NCBI RefSeq assembly: GCF_036321535.1
Contig: NC_087437.1
Span: forward strand, 42,472,001-42,536,000
Source of the DNA: Camelus dromedarius
Lineage: Eukaryota
DNA: 64,000 bases
Reading direction: 5' to 3'
The position numbers were made by a program, and so were the translations under genes. Positions within the stretch are counted from its first letter, which is position 1. The number at the start of each line of letters is the position of its first letter. This document shows, piece by piece, positions 39,701 through 52,702 of this stretch. Below the pieces are notes generated by a model. That model was not told where the DNA came from. It was given only the letters and a program-made list of their open reading frames with translations, and searched no databases.

Positions 39701-39773
39701 TATGACTAAAACATTATGCCGTACACTGGAAATTGACAGAACATTGTAAACTGACTATACTTCAATTAAAAAA
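36722..39773 (+). mobile_element. L1 with 5' UTR start, ORF1 absent, two internal deletions and an intact 3' end
   Basis: G-rich 5' start at 36725; jump to ORF2 at about 37209; RT peptides ([26 protein letters not shown]) in ORFs 37877-38545; second jump at about 38735; ORF2 end [11 protein letters not shown]...; tail 'ctatacttcaattaaaaaa'. Confidence 0.92.
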
Positions 39774-39779
39774 GTATCT

Positions 39780-41040
39780 GAGGAAAACTGCAAAATTAAA
39801 ATGAAAAAGAAGACAGAGTGGCTGAATGGAAACAAAAACAAGACACATACATATGCTGTTTACAAGAGACTCACTTCAGATCTAAAGACACACAAACTGA
39901 AAGTCGAGGAACAGAAAAAGTATTCTGTGAAAATGAAAAGAAAGCTGAGGTTGCAATACTTGTATCAGACAAAATAACTTTAAAAGAAAGACTGTAACAA
40001 GAGACAACGAAAGACATCATATAATGACTAAGAGATCAATCCAGGATGATGTAACAATTGTAAATATATACGAACACCAATGTTCACTGCAGCATTAATT
40101 ACAATAGCCAAGATATGGAAGCAACCCAAGTGCCCATTAAGAGATAAATGGATAAAGAAGATGTGGTATATATTCACAACAGAATATTACTCAGCCATAA
40201 AAAATGAAATCTTGACATTTGCAACAACACGGATGGGCCTATTATGCTCAGTGAAGTAAGTCAGACAGAGGCAAATACTGTATGATTTCACTTATACATG
40301 AATCTAAAAAACAACACAAATGAATAAACATAACAAAGCAGAAACAGCGTCATAGATACAGAAAACAAAGAAGGGGTTGCAAGAGGGGAGTGGGTGGGGA
40401 AAAGAAAGAAAAAGTAACGGAGATTAAGAGGTACACATTTTTAGCTGCAAAATAAATGAGCCACAGGTATGAAATGTACGGTGTAAGGGAATATAGTTCC
40501 AATAACTATGTAATGTTTTTGTTAGGTGACATATTGTAACTAGACTTATAGTGGTGATCATTTTGAAATGTACAGAACTACCAAATTACTACATTGTGTA
40601 ACAGGAACTAGCACAGTGTTATGGGTCAACTATGCTTCAAAAACAGAGAGAAAAAGAAACTCATAGGAAGAGATACCAGATTTGTAGTTACCAGGGGCGG
40701 TTGGAGTGGGGACGGCAAATTGGGCAAAATGAGTCAAAAGGTACAGTCTTCCAGTTATAAGCTGAATAATTACTAGGGATGTAATGTACAACATGATAAA
40801 TATAATTCACAGTCCTATATGTTGCGTATGAAGGTTAAGAGAATAAATTCTAAGAATTCTTGTCACACACACAAAATTTTTTTCTTCTTTAATTTTGACC
40901 TATACAAGATGATGGATATTCACTAAACTTATTGTGATAATTACTTCATCATGTATGTAAGTCAAAGCATTATGCTGTATACCTTAAACTTACATAGTGC
41001 TGTATGCCGATTACATTTCAATAAAACTGAAAGAAAAAAG
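39780..41040 (+). mobile_element. Older L1 remnant: EN start fused to the ORF2 end, plus a long 3' UTR
   Basis: 'gtggctgaatgg..tgctgtttacaagagactcacttcaga' (EN N-terminus) joins 'aatgttcactgcagcatt..' at about 40075; ends 'ttcaataaaactgaaagaaaaaag'. Confidence 0.85.
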
Positions 41041-42257
41041 AACTAAATGCCACTGATATAGATGCATGTTAGCTTATAAATACCTAAAAATTAAAGAAGA
41101 TGATTTCAGAATATGATTCTCCACCTTCCACCTATCCCAGGCTAGTAATACAGAGAAAACTCCATTATTGGACCCACTATTAATTAGATTCCTTATCAGC
41201 TTAATCACACTTATAGCACAATAATAACTGATGCTCATATTGATGTCCTTAAGGCAATGCAAGATACCAAAGCACCTTCAGAACTATCAGAATGAAGTTA
41301 AATTATGTTCAAGATTAACTTTAGTGCAAAGTATTTTAAGCTAGATCTGTAGACGTTTGTGACAAATGTATTTATTGCTCTACTATATTACAGAAAGGAT
41401 TTGAGGTGGTTTGCATAAAAGCATACTACACAAAAAGGTAAAAGAAAACCATGGGGAAAAGAGTGGGAATGGTAAGTTGAAGCTAGGACTGAGGTCGGTA
41501 CTTAGAAGTGCACCACACGCGACCACAGGTTTTATTCTGAACGCTCGAACAGCTGAACAAGAACCAGTTCCACTGCCAGCAGGACCAGTTCCTTGATTCC
41601 CAGTGAGCATAATATAAAAACAAACACTCTGCTGTGGAGGAGAGCTACTGGTGGTACAAGGGCTGGGGCAAATGATTTCCTGTGGGCCCTCGTAAAGAAG
41701 ACGCTTAGTGTAGAGTATGAAGTACGCCGTACCCTCTTCACAGTGAAGGTAGCAGCAGGACACGTGGGAGCTTTAGTAACACGAGCAAATGGAAATAAGC
41801 AACTTCAGCTCCCACTGTCACGCCACCATCATTTACTGCCTGATGATTTTCCCCACTCTTTTCATGAAATTTAGGACAGGTCCCTGGGATTTGCTTAACA
41901 TTCGCAGAAGATGAAACGTTTCCACTCACTTTTAGTCACAAGAATACTCTCCTCTTGGTCTTTATTATGTTCAGTCCACTAAAATAATCAAAACTCCGAA
42001 CTTCATTTGAAGTTGAACTTTCCTCCTCCTTTCAGATCAGGCTGTATGTCTGTGGTGGTAAAAGGACAAGGTCTTGTATCGTGCTTCTTTCCAGGTTTTG
42101 AAATTCTCTTTCCTTCCTGACTGCGCCCTCCCGATCTCTATGACTCAGTTACCCTGGATTTCTCTGCTGCGGGGAAGACAGAAGTCAGCGTCGGGAAGCA
42201 TCTCACTCGGCTGCTTGCCTGGTGGTGCTGTGCCCTGGCTAGCTGGACAAGCGCAGC

Positions 42258-42276
42258 TAGCGCCCCCTGCTGCCTG
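42258..42276 (-). promoter_or_regulatory. Strong CTCF motif (reverse)
   Basis: Reverse complement CAGGCAGCAGGGGGCGCTA closely matches the CTCF core; CpGs are locally retained. Confidence 0.7.
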
Positions 42277-43019
42277 GCTCTTCTACCTCAGGTGGTGGAT
42301 TCTTCAGGATGTGCCAGACCCCAGTCCCCTGTGTCTCAACATCCTACGTTCTCTAAATGTTCTCCTTCAAGCCCCTTTCTCCAAGCTGAGGTAAAGCTGC
42401 AGGAAACACCCTTCTTCCTCCCAAAGGTGGGAAAAGGGAAAATGTCACAACACTGCAAGTTTTCTTTCCCACCTCTTCTACAAAACCTTTTTATAACCTT
42501 TGACATGGGGTTCAACTAAAGGCTGAAAAACCAGTTTTCTGACACCTCCTTTGTGAGTCTCCTTTGTCATCTATTGTTTGGCTCTCAGCTTTGTGGTGGC
42601 TTCTGCTGAAACTGATTCAAAACAGAGTTCCATTTTAGTATCTTGTTACATTTTAAATAAAGTTTTGCAGTAGAAGCGGATTGGAAATATTGTTAAAGTG
42701 CCTTTCTGGTTGGAGGACCAAAACAAGGTGTGGTTCAGGTGGGACTGTACTCTGCTAAGCCAGGTAGATGGCATGTTATTCTACTGATTTATCTGTTTTC
42801 TCCATTTAACTATAAAATTGATACATATTTATTTTCAGCAGGTTAGAAGCACTGATGAACAAAAAGAAAAATCATTAAAATTACTTTGCCCCATCTTTTG
42901 GGGATAGTTATTCTTAACCTTGGTTTATATCCTTGTATAGTCTTATAATGGATAATTCTTGCCAACTGAGTGTTGTTCAAACGACGTATAAATTTTTTTC
43001 CTAAATCTGAAAGGAAAAC

Positions 43020-44200
43020 TTGTTACAACAAATTCACATTGTCACAGCAACAAAACTGATTTGTGTACAAATTCAGGAGAGAAAATAGACAAAGTGCAGC
43101 AGCAGATTCTCAGCTCTTCTTTGGGCAACACTGAATCCTGTGCCTGCACAGTTTACACACGTGGTGCATTATCTCCTCAGACGCCCCACATCATTGCATG
43201 AAAATGCCTTCTAAGAATACTGGAAAGCCTGTGAAGAAACTAGATGAGCCCACGAATTGCAGAGAACTACTGACAAAGGTGACTGAACTGCAGAGCAAAT
43301 TTTTAATGTGGATGAAATTGGGCTATTTTGGAAACAAATATTATCCTGTATGTTCATTTCAGAAAGGAGACAAAAGTGCCAGAACATAAACCAATCCAAA
43401 ATAAGCTAACACTGCTTTAAAGTGAACGTGATGTTAAGCTGTAACCTCCACCGGTGTATCGCTTCAGAAACCCCAGTGCCTTTTAGGGACTACTGAAGAG
43501 TGAATTGTCTGTTATGTGATATTCAACTCATAAAGATTGGGTGACCAAGGCAGTGTTCAGTGATTACATGAGGAACTGCCTATTCATCAAAGGGTACACA
43601 AAGATGAAAAACTTGCAAACGACGCTTTTTTGATAATAGACAATGCTCCCACATGTCCCTCTAGTGTTGACAATTACGGAGACAATATCAGTAGTCTTAT
43701 GCCTCCCAGCATTATTATGTCTTATTGTAGCCTCTCAGAGTCCTGCAGCCTTCAAGGCATACTGTTTACAGACGGTGATGTAGTATGCGGCCCTTATATG
43801 CTGACATATCGTCTGGGGATGCAGGCAACACTGCATCGATCAAGGATTTATGGAAGAGTTTTGACATTTAGAAGGTCTTCAAATTTATCAACTGGGTTTG
43901 GCATGTATCATAACAAACAATGAATGGAGTATGGGAAAAACTGGTCCCGTAATTGTTGCTGACTTCCAAGGTTTCAAGGAAGTGATTAACGCAAAGTAAA
44001 AATCCTAAATCTTTTGAAGGAGGTTAGATTTAGTGAAGGGGATGGTACAAAGAACTTACAACCAAGGAACTTGTTCAACTTGATGTTCATTGTAGGTCAA
44101 AGCAAGAGAAAGAAGAGGAGCCATAAATGCCTGTTGCTGGCTCTTCAGAAAATGTGGAATTATGTAGATAAAATGATTGCTTTTGCAAGTTGTTTGTTCT
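43020..44200 (+). mobile_element. Ancient TcMar-Tigger/pogo-type transposase remnant
   Basis: Frameshifted motifs in the expected DDE_1 order: QIFNVDEIGLFWKQ (about 43295), WVTKAVF (about 43540), LIIDNAPTCP (43630). Confidence 0.75.
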
Positions 44201-44716
44201 GGTCCTTGGTTAGCTACCATATCAGATAATGGTTCATAGCCATCCACTTCTCAGACTCAACTGCCAAAAAGAGATGACTGTCCACAAGGTCCTTGGACTT
44301 GAAGGTAGGCGAACTGCAGGAGTGCTGTTCCTCTTGCTCTCTGCTAGCTCACTCCCGCACCTCCACCCACCCCTGCAGGGCATCAGTGTCTACCTAACTG
44401 AGGCTCCATCCTCCTCTCCATAAAGCACTCCTTGTTTGGTAAGTAAGCATTTTTAAAAATTTTCATTTTTGCTTATTTAACTCAGTGCTATTTGTATTCA
44501 CTGCATAACTTTAAACTATATAATAGTTTTTAGTTTACATCACAGTATATGCTTGTAGTATAGAAGAACAAATTTCCACTGTATTATTCAATATTACATC
44601 AAAATATATCCACTAAAAAGCCCATTAAATAATTATGTAGTTGACTTCTTAATAATAGATTTATGCAGAAATCCTCAGGGTTATTACTATATAGGTGTTT
44701 AAGAATTAAATTTTGG

Positions 44717-45027
44717 TGAACTTATTTACAAAACAGAAACAGATTCACAGACATAGAGAACAAACTTATGGTTACTGGGTGGAGGGGGGTGGAAAGGGTT
44801 AAATTGGGAGTTCGAGCTTTGCAGATACTAACTACTACATATAAAATAAACAAGTTTCTACTGTATAGCACAGGGAACTATATATTCAATATCTTGTAGT
44901 AACCTATAATGAAAGGGAATATGAAAAGGAATATATGTATGTAAATGGATGACAGAAACATTATGCTGTATGCCAGAAATTGACATAACATTGTAAACTG
45001 ACTATACTTCCAATTAAAAAAAAAAAC
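44717..45027 (+). mobile_element. 5'-truncated younger L1 3' UTR insertion
   Basis: Matches 39464-39773; A tail; TSD AGAATTAAATTTTGG (44702-44716) and AGAGCTAAATTTTGG (45028-45042). Confidence 0.88.
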
Positions 45028-45489
45028 AGAGCTAAATTTTGGAAAATTGATTGGGGCTTTTGGACAGACTTGAAACAGACATATTGCTCATTCTCCCACT
45101 ATTTCAACTTTGATATCCAACATTTCAAACCAGGAAGGGAATGGATTCAAAAAACAAGTAATGCTTGTATATAAATGTTTTTTATTCAAAATGGGACACT
45201 ATCTTATAGATTTGAACCTGCTTTTTCACTGACTTGTGACCATAGCTCTACATAAATAAAAGGTCTATATTGATATTTATAAAATATGATTTTGTCCTGT
45301 TTGTGCAATGCATAAGCCAAGCTTCAGAAAGTCTGCCCCACCCCAGAGCTCCCTGTGAAGGTTTTCTATATCCATGGCCCTCTGCTGAGGGAGCAGGACC
45401 ACATCATCTTTTACAAATAGGGAATTGTTTCCTGTTACCTGACTCCACCTCTCAGGTCACAAATGACTGGAGCAGAGAAGGGTGCTTCC

Positions 45490-45700
45490 TCAGGGTTGCA
45501 AACTCAGAAGCCGGGCAAGTGAGCAGGCAGACCCATGAGGCAAGAGGGGTTCACTGGAGACAGCAAGCCCCATCTCGGGGGGAGGCCGGTACTCAGCGTT
45601 TGCCAACTCTCACCATCCAGAAATAAAGACTAAGTACAGCCCGAATCTTTAGATTTTCAAGAAAAGCTAAAAACTTCCATTTTAAACCAAATTTCCTGAA
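45490..45700 (+). mobile_element. hAT-Charlie MITE fragment (MER102-like)
   Basis: 'cagggttgcaaactcagaagcc' and 'gattttcaagaaaagctaaaaacttcc' resemble MER102 (recall). Confidence 0.5.
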
Positions 45701-48659
45701 GTGAAAAATGATTTTAGTTTGCGTTTCTTTAATTTCTGGTTAGGCTAAACTTCTTTTTGTACGTATGTTTTCTTTCTTCTTTTTTTTTTTTTAAGTAAGT
45801 AAACTGAACTGTTGGTAATTACTGAAGGGGAAGGAGATTGAGGTTTTAATCTTCTGACAGGTCATTAGAGCCATTCTGTGTTTCTAGTGGAATGTGGAGA
45901 CTGGTCCTTTCATAGTCCCTGAGAAGGGTCACTGCCTGTGGCTGTGGAGATCATGTTCCAACTAGCCCTGAGAGGAGAGTCAGGACGGAAGAACAGCCTT
46001 GTACTTATCAAACCACATGCCCTGGCATGGAGCTACATCAGTCTGGAGGAAGGCGAACTTGTTTGTAATTTTTTAAGTTATATTTCTAATAACTTGCTTT
46101 AAGGCATGGTCTGTTATAATGAGGATTGAATTTATTCAGTGGTGGGAATATGGCTCTCCCTACCTCCTCCACCTCTCACAGCTGATCATCCAAGAAAGGG
46201 GCCTTTTCCAAATTTCCAAACTTCTGCAGTACCCTAAGGTACTCAGACAAGCTGCCCACGTGACTGTGACCTGGTGGAGCAGAGAACCACACCACTGTTA
46301 CTGATATCGGTGTATTGCATCCCATAGGGATGTTGGGACAAGTTGAAAACGAATGCCACAGTATGTGGCAGGAATAATTTTAGCCTTGAACATTATCATT
46401 TTGTCATATGTTTAAAAAATGCCCTTAGTACTTCCTTCCCAGGTCATGAAGCACTCATGGAGCATCGTGCAGAGAGTCCCTAGTGCTGCAGACTTCCCAG
46501 GGAGGCCTCTTCCAGAGAGGGACACCATTTATCCCTCTTCCACACATGAGAGTTGAGTTAGCTCCTATTTTGTCCAGAAGCCCTACAGTTTCAAAACAAC
46601 GAATATAGATCACATCTCTATTTTGTGAATTACATAATTTAAAATATTGGAATAATTCAAATTAAGATGAAACATGCCATTGCTGGCAAACATTCCATGT
46701 ATTGGAAAGAACATGTATTTAAAAATCAAAGAACCTGAATTCAAAGCTCAACTCTACCACCTACTGGTTGTGATATCCTGAGTTAGTTTCTGTTGTAATT
46801 TTATCTATCTCTCCATTTTATTTGTAAACTGAGGATAATAATGCTTTCTTCTTTTGGTTGTTATCAGGAATAATTAAAATTATGCATGCAGTATCCCCAA
46901 AATGTTACTTTCATTCCCTCATATGTGTAATAGACATATCAATATCTGCAAATGGTGACCAACCTATAAAAGCCTCATTGGTTAAGATCATAACCACAAT
47001 TCACCAGAAATAAATGTCAGGAGCTGCGAAACAGCAACAGGCACTTGTATGTATTTTCATTTTTATTAAAATCCTCACTCAGGTCATATGTCATAAAGTC
47101 CTTGTTTCTCTTTAAGTCTTGGGGCATTCAATCTGTAAAATTTGCCTGACTAGCCATATGTAATTGTTCTTTCCCAAGGAATAAGGAACTTTTCGAATCT
47201 TTCATTCTCACCAAGTACCTAGGGCAAAAGGCATGGGCTGGACCAGCGGCCTCATTTTACAGACAAGGAAATTCAGTGATTTATCCCTAACTGAGACAGA
47301 TCTCATAAATCCTCATAGCGTGAGCAAGGAAAGAGGACTTTCAGCAGCTTGGCCAGAAAAGAATCTAATAGGTTTGCATATCATGTGAAAATTCTGACCC
47401 TCATTACTGTCACGGTGCCCTGAAGTTTTTTCACATTAAATTATCAGTTAGCACTAATGATGCTCATCAGGCAGAGTTCACCCCCTATTCTCAGTATACA
47501 TTTCAGGGATTGAAAAAGACAAAATCTATATGATTACTCCAAAAATTTCTTAGGCCTGCATTTTTTTTTTTCTTCATGGATTTGAATCATTATTTGTTCT
47601 CTCTGAGCCTTAATAATCCCTCCTGGGATTTAAAAGAGCTAACTTCACCCGGGCTTTCTCACTTTGCTCTCTCCAAGGGAATAGGTGGATGATTAAAGAG
47701 ATAATGAATGTGAGGAGAACTCCCTGGAGGAAAGACATTTCATAAACATGAAGTGAAGACTTTAGCTGACTCATAGAATCTAACAGCTCAGAGACATGGA
47801 TAAATCTTTTGGTATGAATCCTAGCTACTTAGTCTACCCTCCTCAGGCACATCTTAAAGCTGGATTCTGGAGAGCTTCCAAAATGTCAGACTGATCCTAC
47901 TTACAGCAAAATTCCTCACCTACTTTGTAATTAACACCAAGTATTTATGAAATTAGATGACTCATCTCAGTGCTTTAGCAGGATGGGAAGCAGATCAGTA
48001 CTCACATCTAACACAGAGTTGGATGGCCTGTGTGATGTAGCCAAGAGTGGCTCTGCTTGGCTTTTCATGTTCTTTGAGAATAGAAAGTCCTATCCCAGAA
48101 CCACTCCCTTTAAAACAAATTGATGTTTTTATTATCTGAAGCTTTCCTAGGAGAATGGAAATGAACTGGTAAAATTTTAAAAAGCCAAAAGCAAAAGATA
48201 AAAACCTCACAGCTGGAAGAATTGAATGAATACTATATCCAGCTGTTTCCCAAGGACCTAAAGGATGTTAGGAAGTCAAGATGTTATTGTAGATGTGGCT
48301 GGAACTCCTCATTATGCCTCTGGCTCTGTGGGGTGAAATGGAAAACGATTTCAGAGGAACAAACAAAGAAATGATTTTTCAACTCAACTTTTGTGTTAAA
48401 TGAGAGCCATAGCATTTTGTTAGATTAGAAAATCAGTCAAGAGACACTTTACAGTTATGCACATTTAAGATGGTTATGTATTCTCGATGAATTGGCTTTT
48501 TAAAAATCCTTATAAAATGTCCTTCCCCTGTGTGAACTTCCTCAGCCCACATGCATCTGTCCATGATCTTTTATCTGCTTTCTGTAGTAAATAATTTTGT
48601 GAAATGTCTTTTGTCTGTTGATGGTTTTCATAATCTCTTCATTGTTGCAGATTGAGAAA

Positions 48660-51300
48660 TTAATTTATTAGATGGCATCTCCAATCACTGGGGTAAAGCT
48701 GGACTTTTTAATGGTGCTGCATAACTGGATAATCATTTAGAAGATGAAATTAGATCCACATCTCACATTATAGACAAGATTACACTCCAAAGCAATTAGG
48801 GATCTAAATGTAAAAAAATAAAAACATACACGTATGTGAAGAAAACATGGGAAAATTCCTCTCTAACATTATTAAAGATGTAGGGAAAGACTCTCTGTGA
48901 CTCAAAATCCAGGGTCAATAAAAGTAAAGATTAAGAAATCTGAATCTGACTGCATGAAAAGTTTTAAAAAGCTTTCATGATAACCTCCACCCCCACCACA
49001 TTATAAACAAAACCAACAGACAACTGACAAACAGGAGAAAATATCTGTAACGTACACCACAGACAAATATAGCATAAGCAGAAATCGAGAGACAAAGGAC
49101 TGAAACCTATTAGAAAAATGGGAAAAAAATCATGAACAGACACAAAAATATATAAGTAGCACTCAAACATATGAAAAGATGTTCAGATTCACTTATAATT
49201 ATATAAATGTACATTAAAACAATACTGAAGCATAATTTCTCACGATCAGACTGGCAAAAATAAAAACAGCGTATCAACATCTTTTGTTGGTAAGGCAGTG
49301 AGGACACAGACACTGCCTAGTAAGTTCCTGCAGACAACGTGCACCAGCACAGCTCTTCTCGAGGGGAAGTGGGGAATACCTAACAAAACTACACATGCAC
49401 TTGCTTTCTGGCTCAGAAATCCCACTTACAGGAATCTACCCTGAAGATATATTTCTAATATATACAAAATACATATGCCAAGGTTATTTAAGACAGCATT
49501 GTTTGTAATTACAAAATATTGAAAACAACCTAAATTCTAACTCGAAGGGGAGTGATTAGATAAATGATAGTACACCTAGAAAATGGAGTACTCTGCTACT
49601 GTAAAAAAGAATGAGGAAGGTCTCTATGTACTGACATGGAGTGATTTCCAGGGCATATTTATCAGTAAGTAAAAAGGAAAAGGAAAACAGAATATATATA
49701 TATATCATGCTACCTTTTTATGTGAGAAAGAAAATACATATGTATCTGCACATTTATGCAAAAGAAATATGGGGAAGATAAATGAGAAACTAAAGAGATT
49801 GGTTATCTACAGTGTTTGGTAGGAAACGTGCAGGAAGGAGTGAATGGGGACAGGTTAATAGGGATGAAAAGGGACAAAAACACTCTTCTGAGTACTTTTT
49901 AAAAGAAGTTTGACTTTTAGAACCATAGTAATGTTTCACATACATCCCTTCCTCCCAGTTAATACTTAAAATCAACCAGGAAGTGCGGGAAATCCAAAAT
50001 GGAATGTAATCAGTAACAAATGAACCTGTCTTACAAATGGATGACCTAACTGCACTGAAGTGAATGGATAGAAAAGAACTAACCTAAATTACTTTGGAAA
50101 ATAATATTTTGACAGGATACTGTGAGGCTAAAGATAAAAAGAACCGTGTGCAACTACTTTAGTTAGTAAATCTGTTTCTTATGAGAGTATAGATGAGCAA
50201 TTATGTAACTACTCTATGTGTATACTAGTATCGAACAAACAAGTGAACATACTGTAGAAAACAAGAGCTGGATCTCTCACTGTTGCAGAAAAGTTACAGA
50301 TAAATAAAGGGAGAAGGCTGAAATGAACCTCATGGTGTTGGATTGGAATCATGGGTATGATTTATGAATGTGGAAATTTACAATTTTTAATATATATACG
50401 CAGATGGATAGATGTAGAAATAAATATAAATGTGTGTATATGTGGGTTAGTATTGATCTTTATTTCTCATCTTTGTTCATTGAGAGAGCCTAGGATTCAT
50501 GATACTTCTGTAGCCATGAGTACCCCTAGTGGCAAAATCTTGGTTTATAAATTCACTTCTCCTGTAGAAGAAACCAGAGCTCCTTGGAAAAGTTGGGGCA
50601 GAAAAAATAAAAGATGAGACTGGAATATCTTGTGGTGTCAAAAAATAGAGAAGTACTCAAAAAAGGGATGACAGCATGTCACAAGACACAGGAGCTAAGG
50701 TGGAACTCCCAATGTCCAAAAGTGGAATGATTTGAAATAAAATACATAAAAATAATATTGGATTATAACCAATAGAATAAAATAAGTATCCTTGAGTGAG
50801 TACTGATATAAATACATAATGAAATTAATAAATGAGAAGGGACTGCTCTTCTCTACAGAAAAATTCCAATTAAAAAGCATTGACTGTACACCAGAAATTG
50901 ACACACTATAACTGACTGTACTTCAGTTAAAAAAAATAACACTATAAAAACAACCAATTAAAAAAAAAAAGAGTTGAAAGAATGAAGGCAATACAAATCA
51001 TTACAAGGCAAATCTAGTATTAAGACCCACTAAGATACATGCTAACATCTTTCAGCAAATATTTGAGGAGAAACAGGATATTAGCACAGTCTCAAACCAC
51101 TTACATTAATTACAAATGGAATAACAGTAACTTTAGAGAGGAAAAATTTCACAGATACCACCTTAGCTCATGTTCAAGCTTAGTATCACCTGGAATAAGG
51201 TCTGACCCTCTGATATGCACTAAGGACAAACACTACTTTGTGTGGTACTCTCACCCAGAAGCCTTAAGGTCAATCTAATCATGAGAAAATACGAGTTAAA
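48660..51300 (+). mobile_element. Old L1 (L1MC/L1MD-type) ORF2 end and long 3' UTR, with a very short younger L1 tail inserted at about 50880-50970
   Basis: 'atatgaaaagatgttcagattcactt', 'acagcattgtttgtaattacaaaatattgaaaacaacctaaa', 'aatggagtactctgc'; inserted 'ctgtacaccagaaattgacac..cttcagttaaaaaaa'. Confidence 0.8.
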
Positions 51301-51659
51301 AACCAAACCGAGCATTTGTGAAATGTATCATGTGTTCAAAGATATATAGATACATATATGTATCTATATATCTTTGGTATAATATATTTGTCTATGTATA
51401 TAGGCAGAAATACATACAAAGCACAGATAAAATTTAAAGGATAATAAAACAAATAATCACTTCTTGCCATCAAGCTTAAATATTAAGTACCAACACCTCA
51501 GAAATCCCTGATCCCTTCCTTGATTTTATCCCCTGTATTCTTCTACCAAGGTAACCACTTCTCCTAATATTGTATTAATCATTTCCCTCTTCGTCTTTTT
51601 TTTACAGTTTCACCACGTGTATATTTTTCCCAAATAATCTATTGTTTAATCTAGTACAC

Positions 51660-52083
51660 AGTGAATTCATGTGGTATATGAGTTGGATCAAGCTCGGCAA
51701 AGTTACAATCAAGGTGTAAGGAGCTGACCCATCTCAAGGCTCAACCTGGGGAGAAGCCGCTAACAGTCTCATTCAGGCTGTGGGCAGACTCAAGTACTCC
51801 TTGGCTGCTGTCTGGTCACATCCTTGGTCTCGTGAGCTCCTCTGTAGGCCAGTTCACAACACCGCAGCTGGCTTCTCTCAGAGCAAGTCAAGGAGAGAGA
51901 AAGAGAGAACAAGCAGGAAGGAAGTCACTATCTTCTTTTGCCACCTAATCCTGAAAGTGCTCTTCTCCATATTCCATGTGTTATAAGCAAGTCACTAGCC
52001 CACACTCAAGGGAAGCGGGTGCCACTAGGGCATGACCAGGAAGTGGAAGTCATTGGCACCTGCGGGGGAGGCTGCCTGCCACA
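51660..52083 (-). mobile_element. MaLR (MLT1-type) solo LTR
   Basis: 'gcagctggcttctctcagagcaag', 'agcaagtcactagcccacactcaaggg'; ends 'ggctgcctgccaca'. Confidence 0.75.
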
Positions 52084-52129
52084 AACACCGCACAGCAACT
52101 GGGAGGGCAAGAGGAGGAGCAGGGCTGGA

Positions 52130-52680
52130 AGCTGAAATGATAACCAGTTCTACTTCGGCATTTTGAGTATAAAGTGTTGGTGAATTAGATGGAAATTAGA
52201 TGTTGAACCTAAGGTTCAGGCATAGGATCAGAACAAGAGATTTAGGTATCTTCAGCTTGCCAATGGTAATTAAAACCATAAGGTTGGAAGCAAATAATAT
52301 TCAGAGAAAACTCGCCTGTGCAGGGTGAAGCGGGGAGCACCAATATTTAAGACACATGCAGATAAAGAGAAGTTCGGACAAGAGACAGAAACAGGATGAC
52401 CAGGGAGACAGGAGAATCAAGAGTTAGGCATCACAAAAACCAAGGATGAGAGCTTTCAAAAAAGAGGGGAGAAGTCATGGCATTGACTATAGGGCAGTCC
52501 GTTAAGATGACTCCAGGTGAGTACTCACTGAATTGGAAATTAAGAGGTCACTGGTGGCCTTGGCAGGGCTAGTTCTGATGGATGGTGGTAATGGGAGGCA
52601 GATGTTTTGGCTGAGGACTGAATATGAGCTGAGGAAGCGAGGACACTGAATGAGTTTAGACTACCCTCTTTAAAACGCTG
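52130..52680 (-). mobile_element. L2 fragment
   Basis: 'gaggtcactggtggccttggcaagggctagttc', 'atggtaattaaaaccataag'. Confidence 0.65.
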
Positions 52681-52702
52681 GAAGGAAACTATATATTAGC
52701 TT

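Noticed and set aside
41383..42519. Cluster of overlapping ORFs on both strands
   Set aside because: No recognisable protein; explained by locally higher GC and probably an old repeat remnant that I could not name with confidence.
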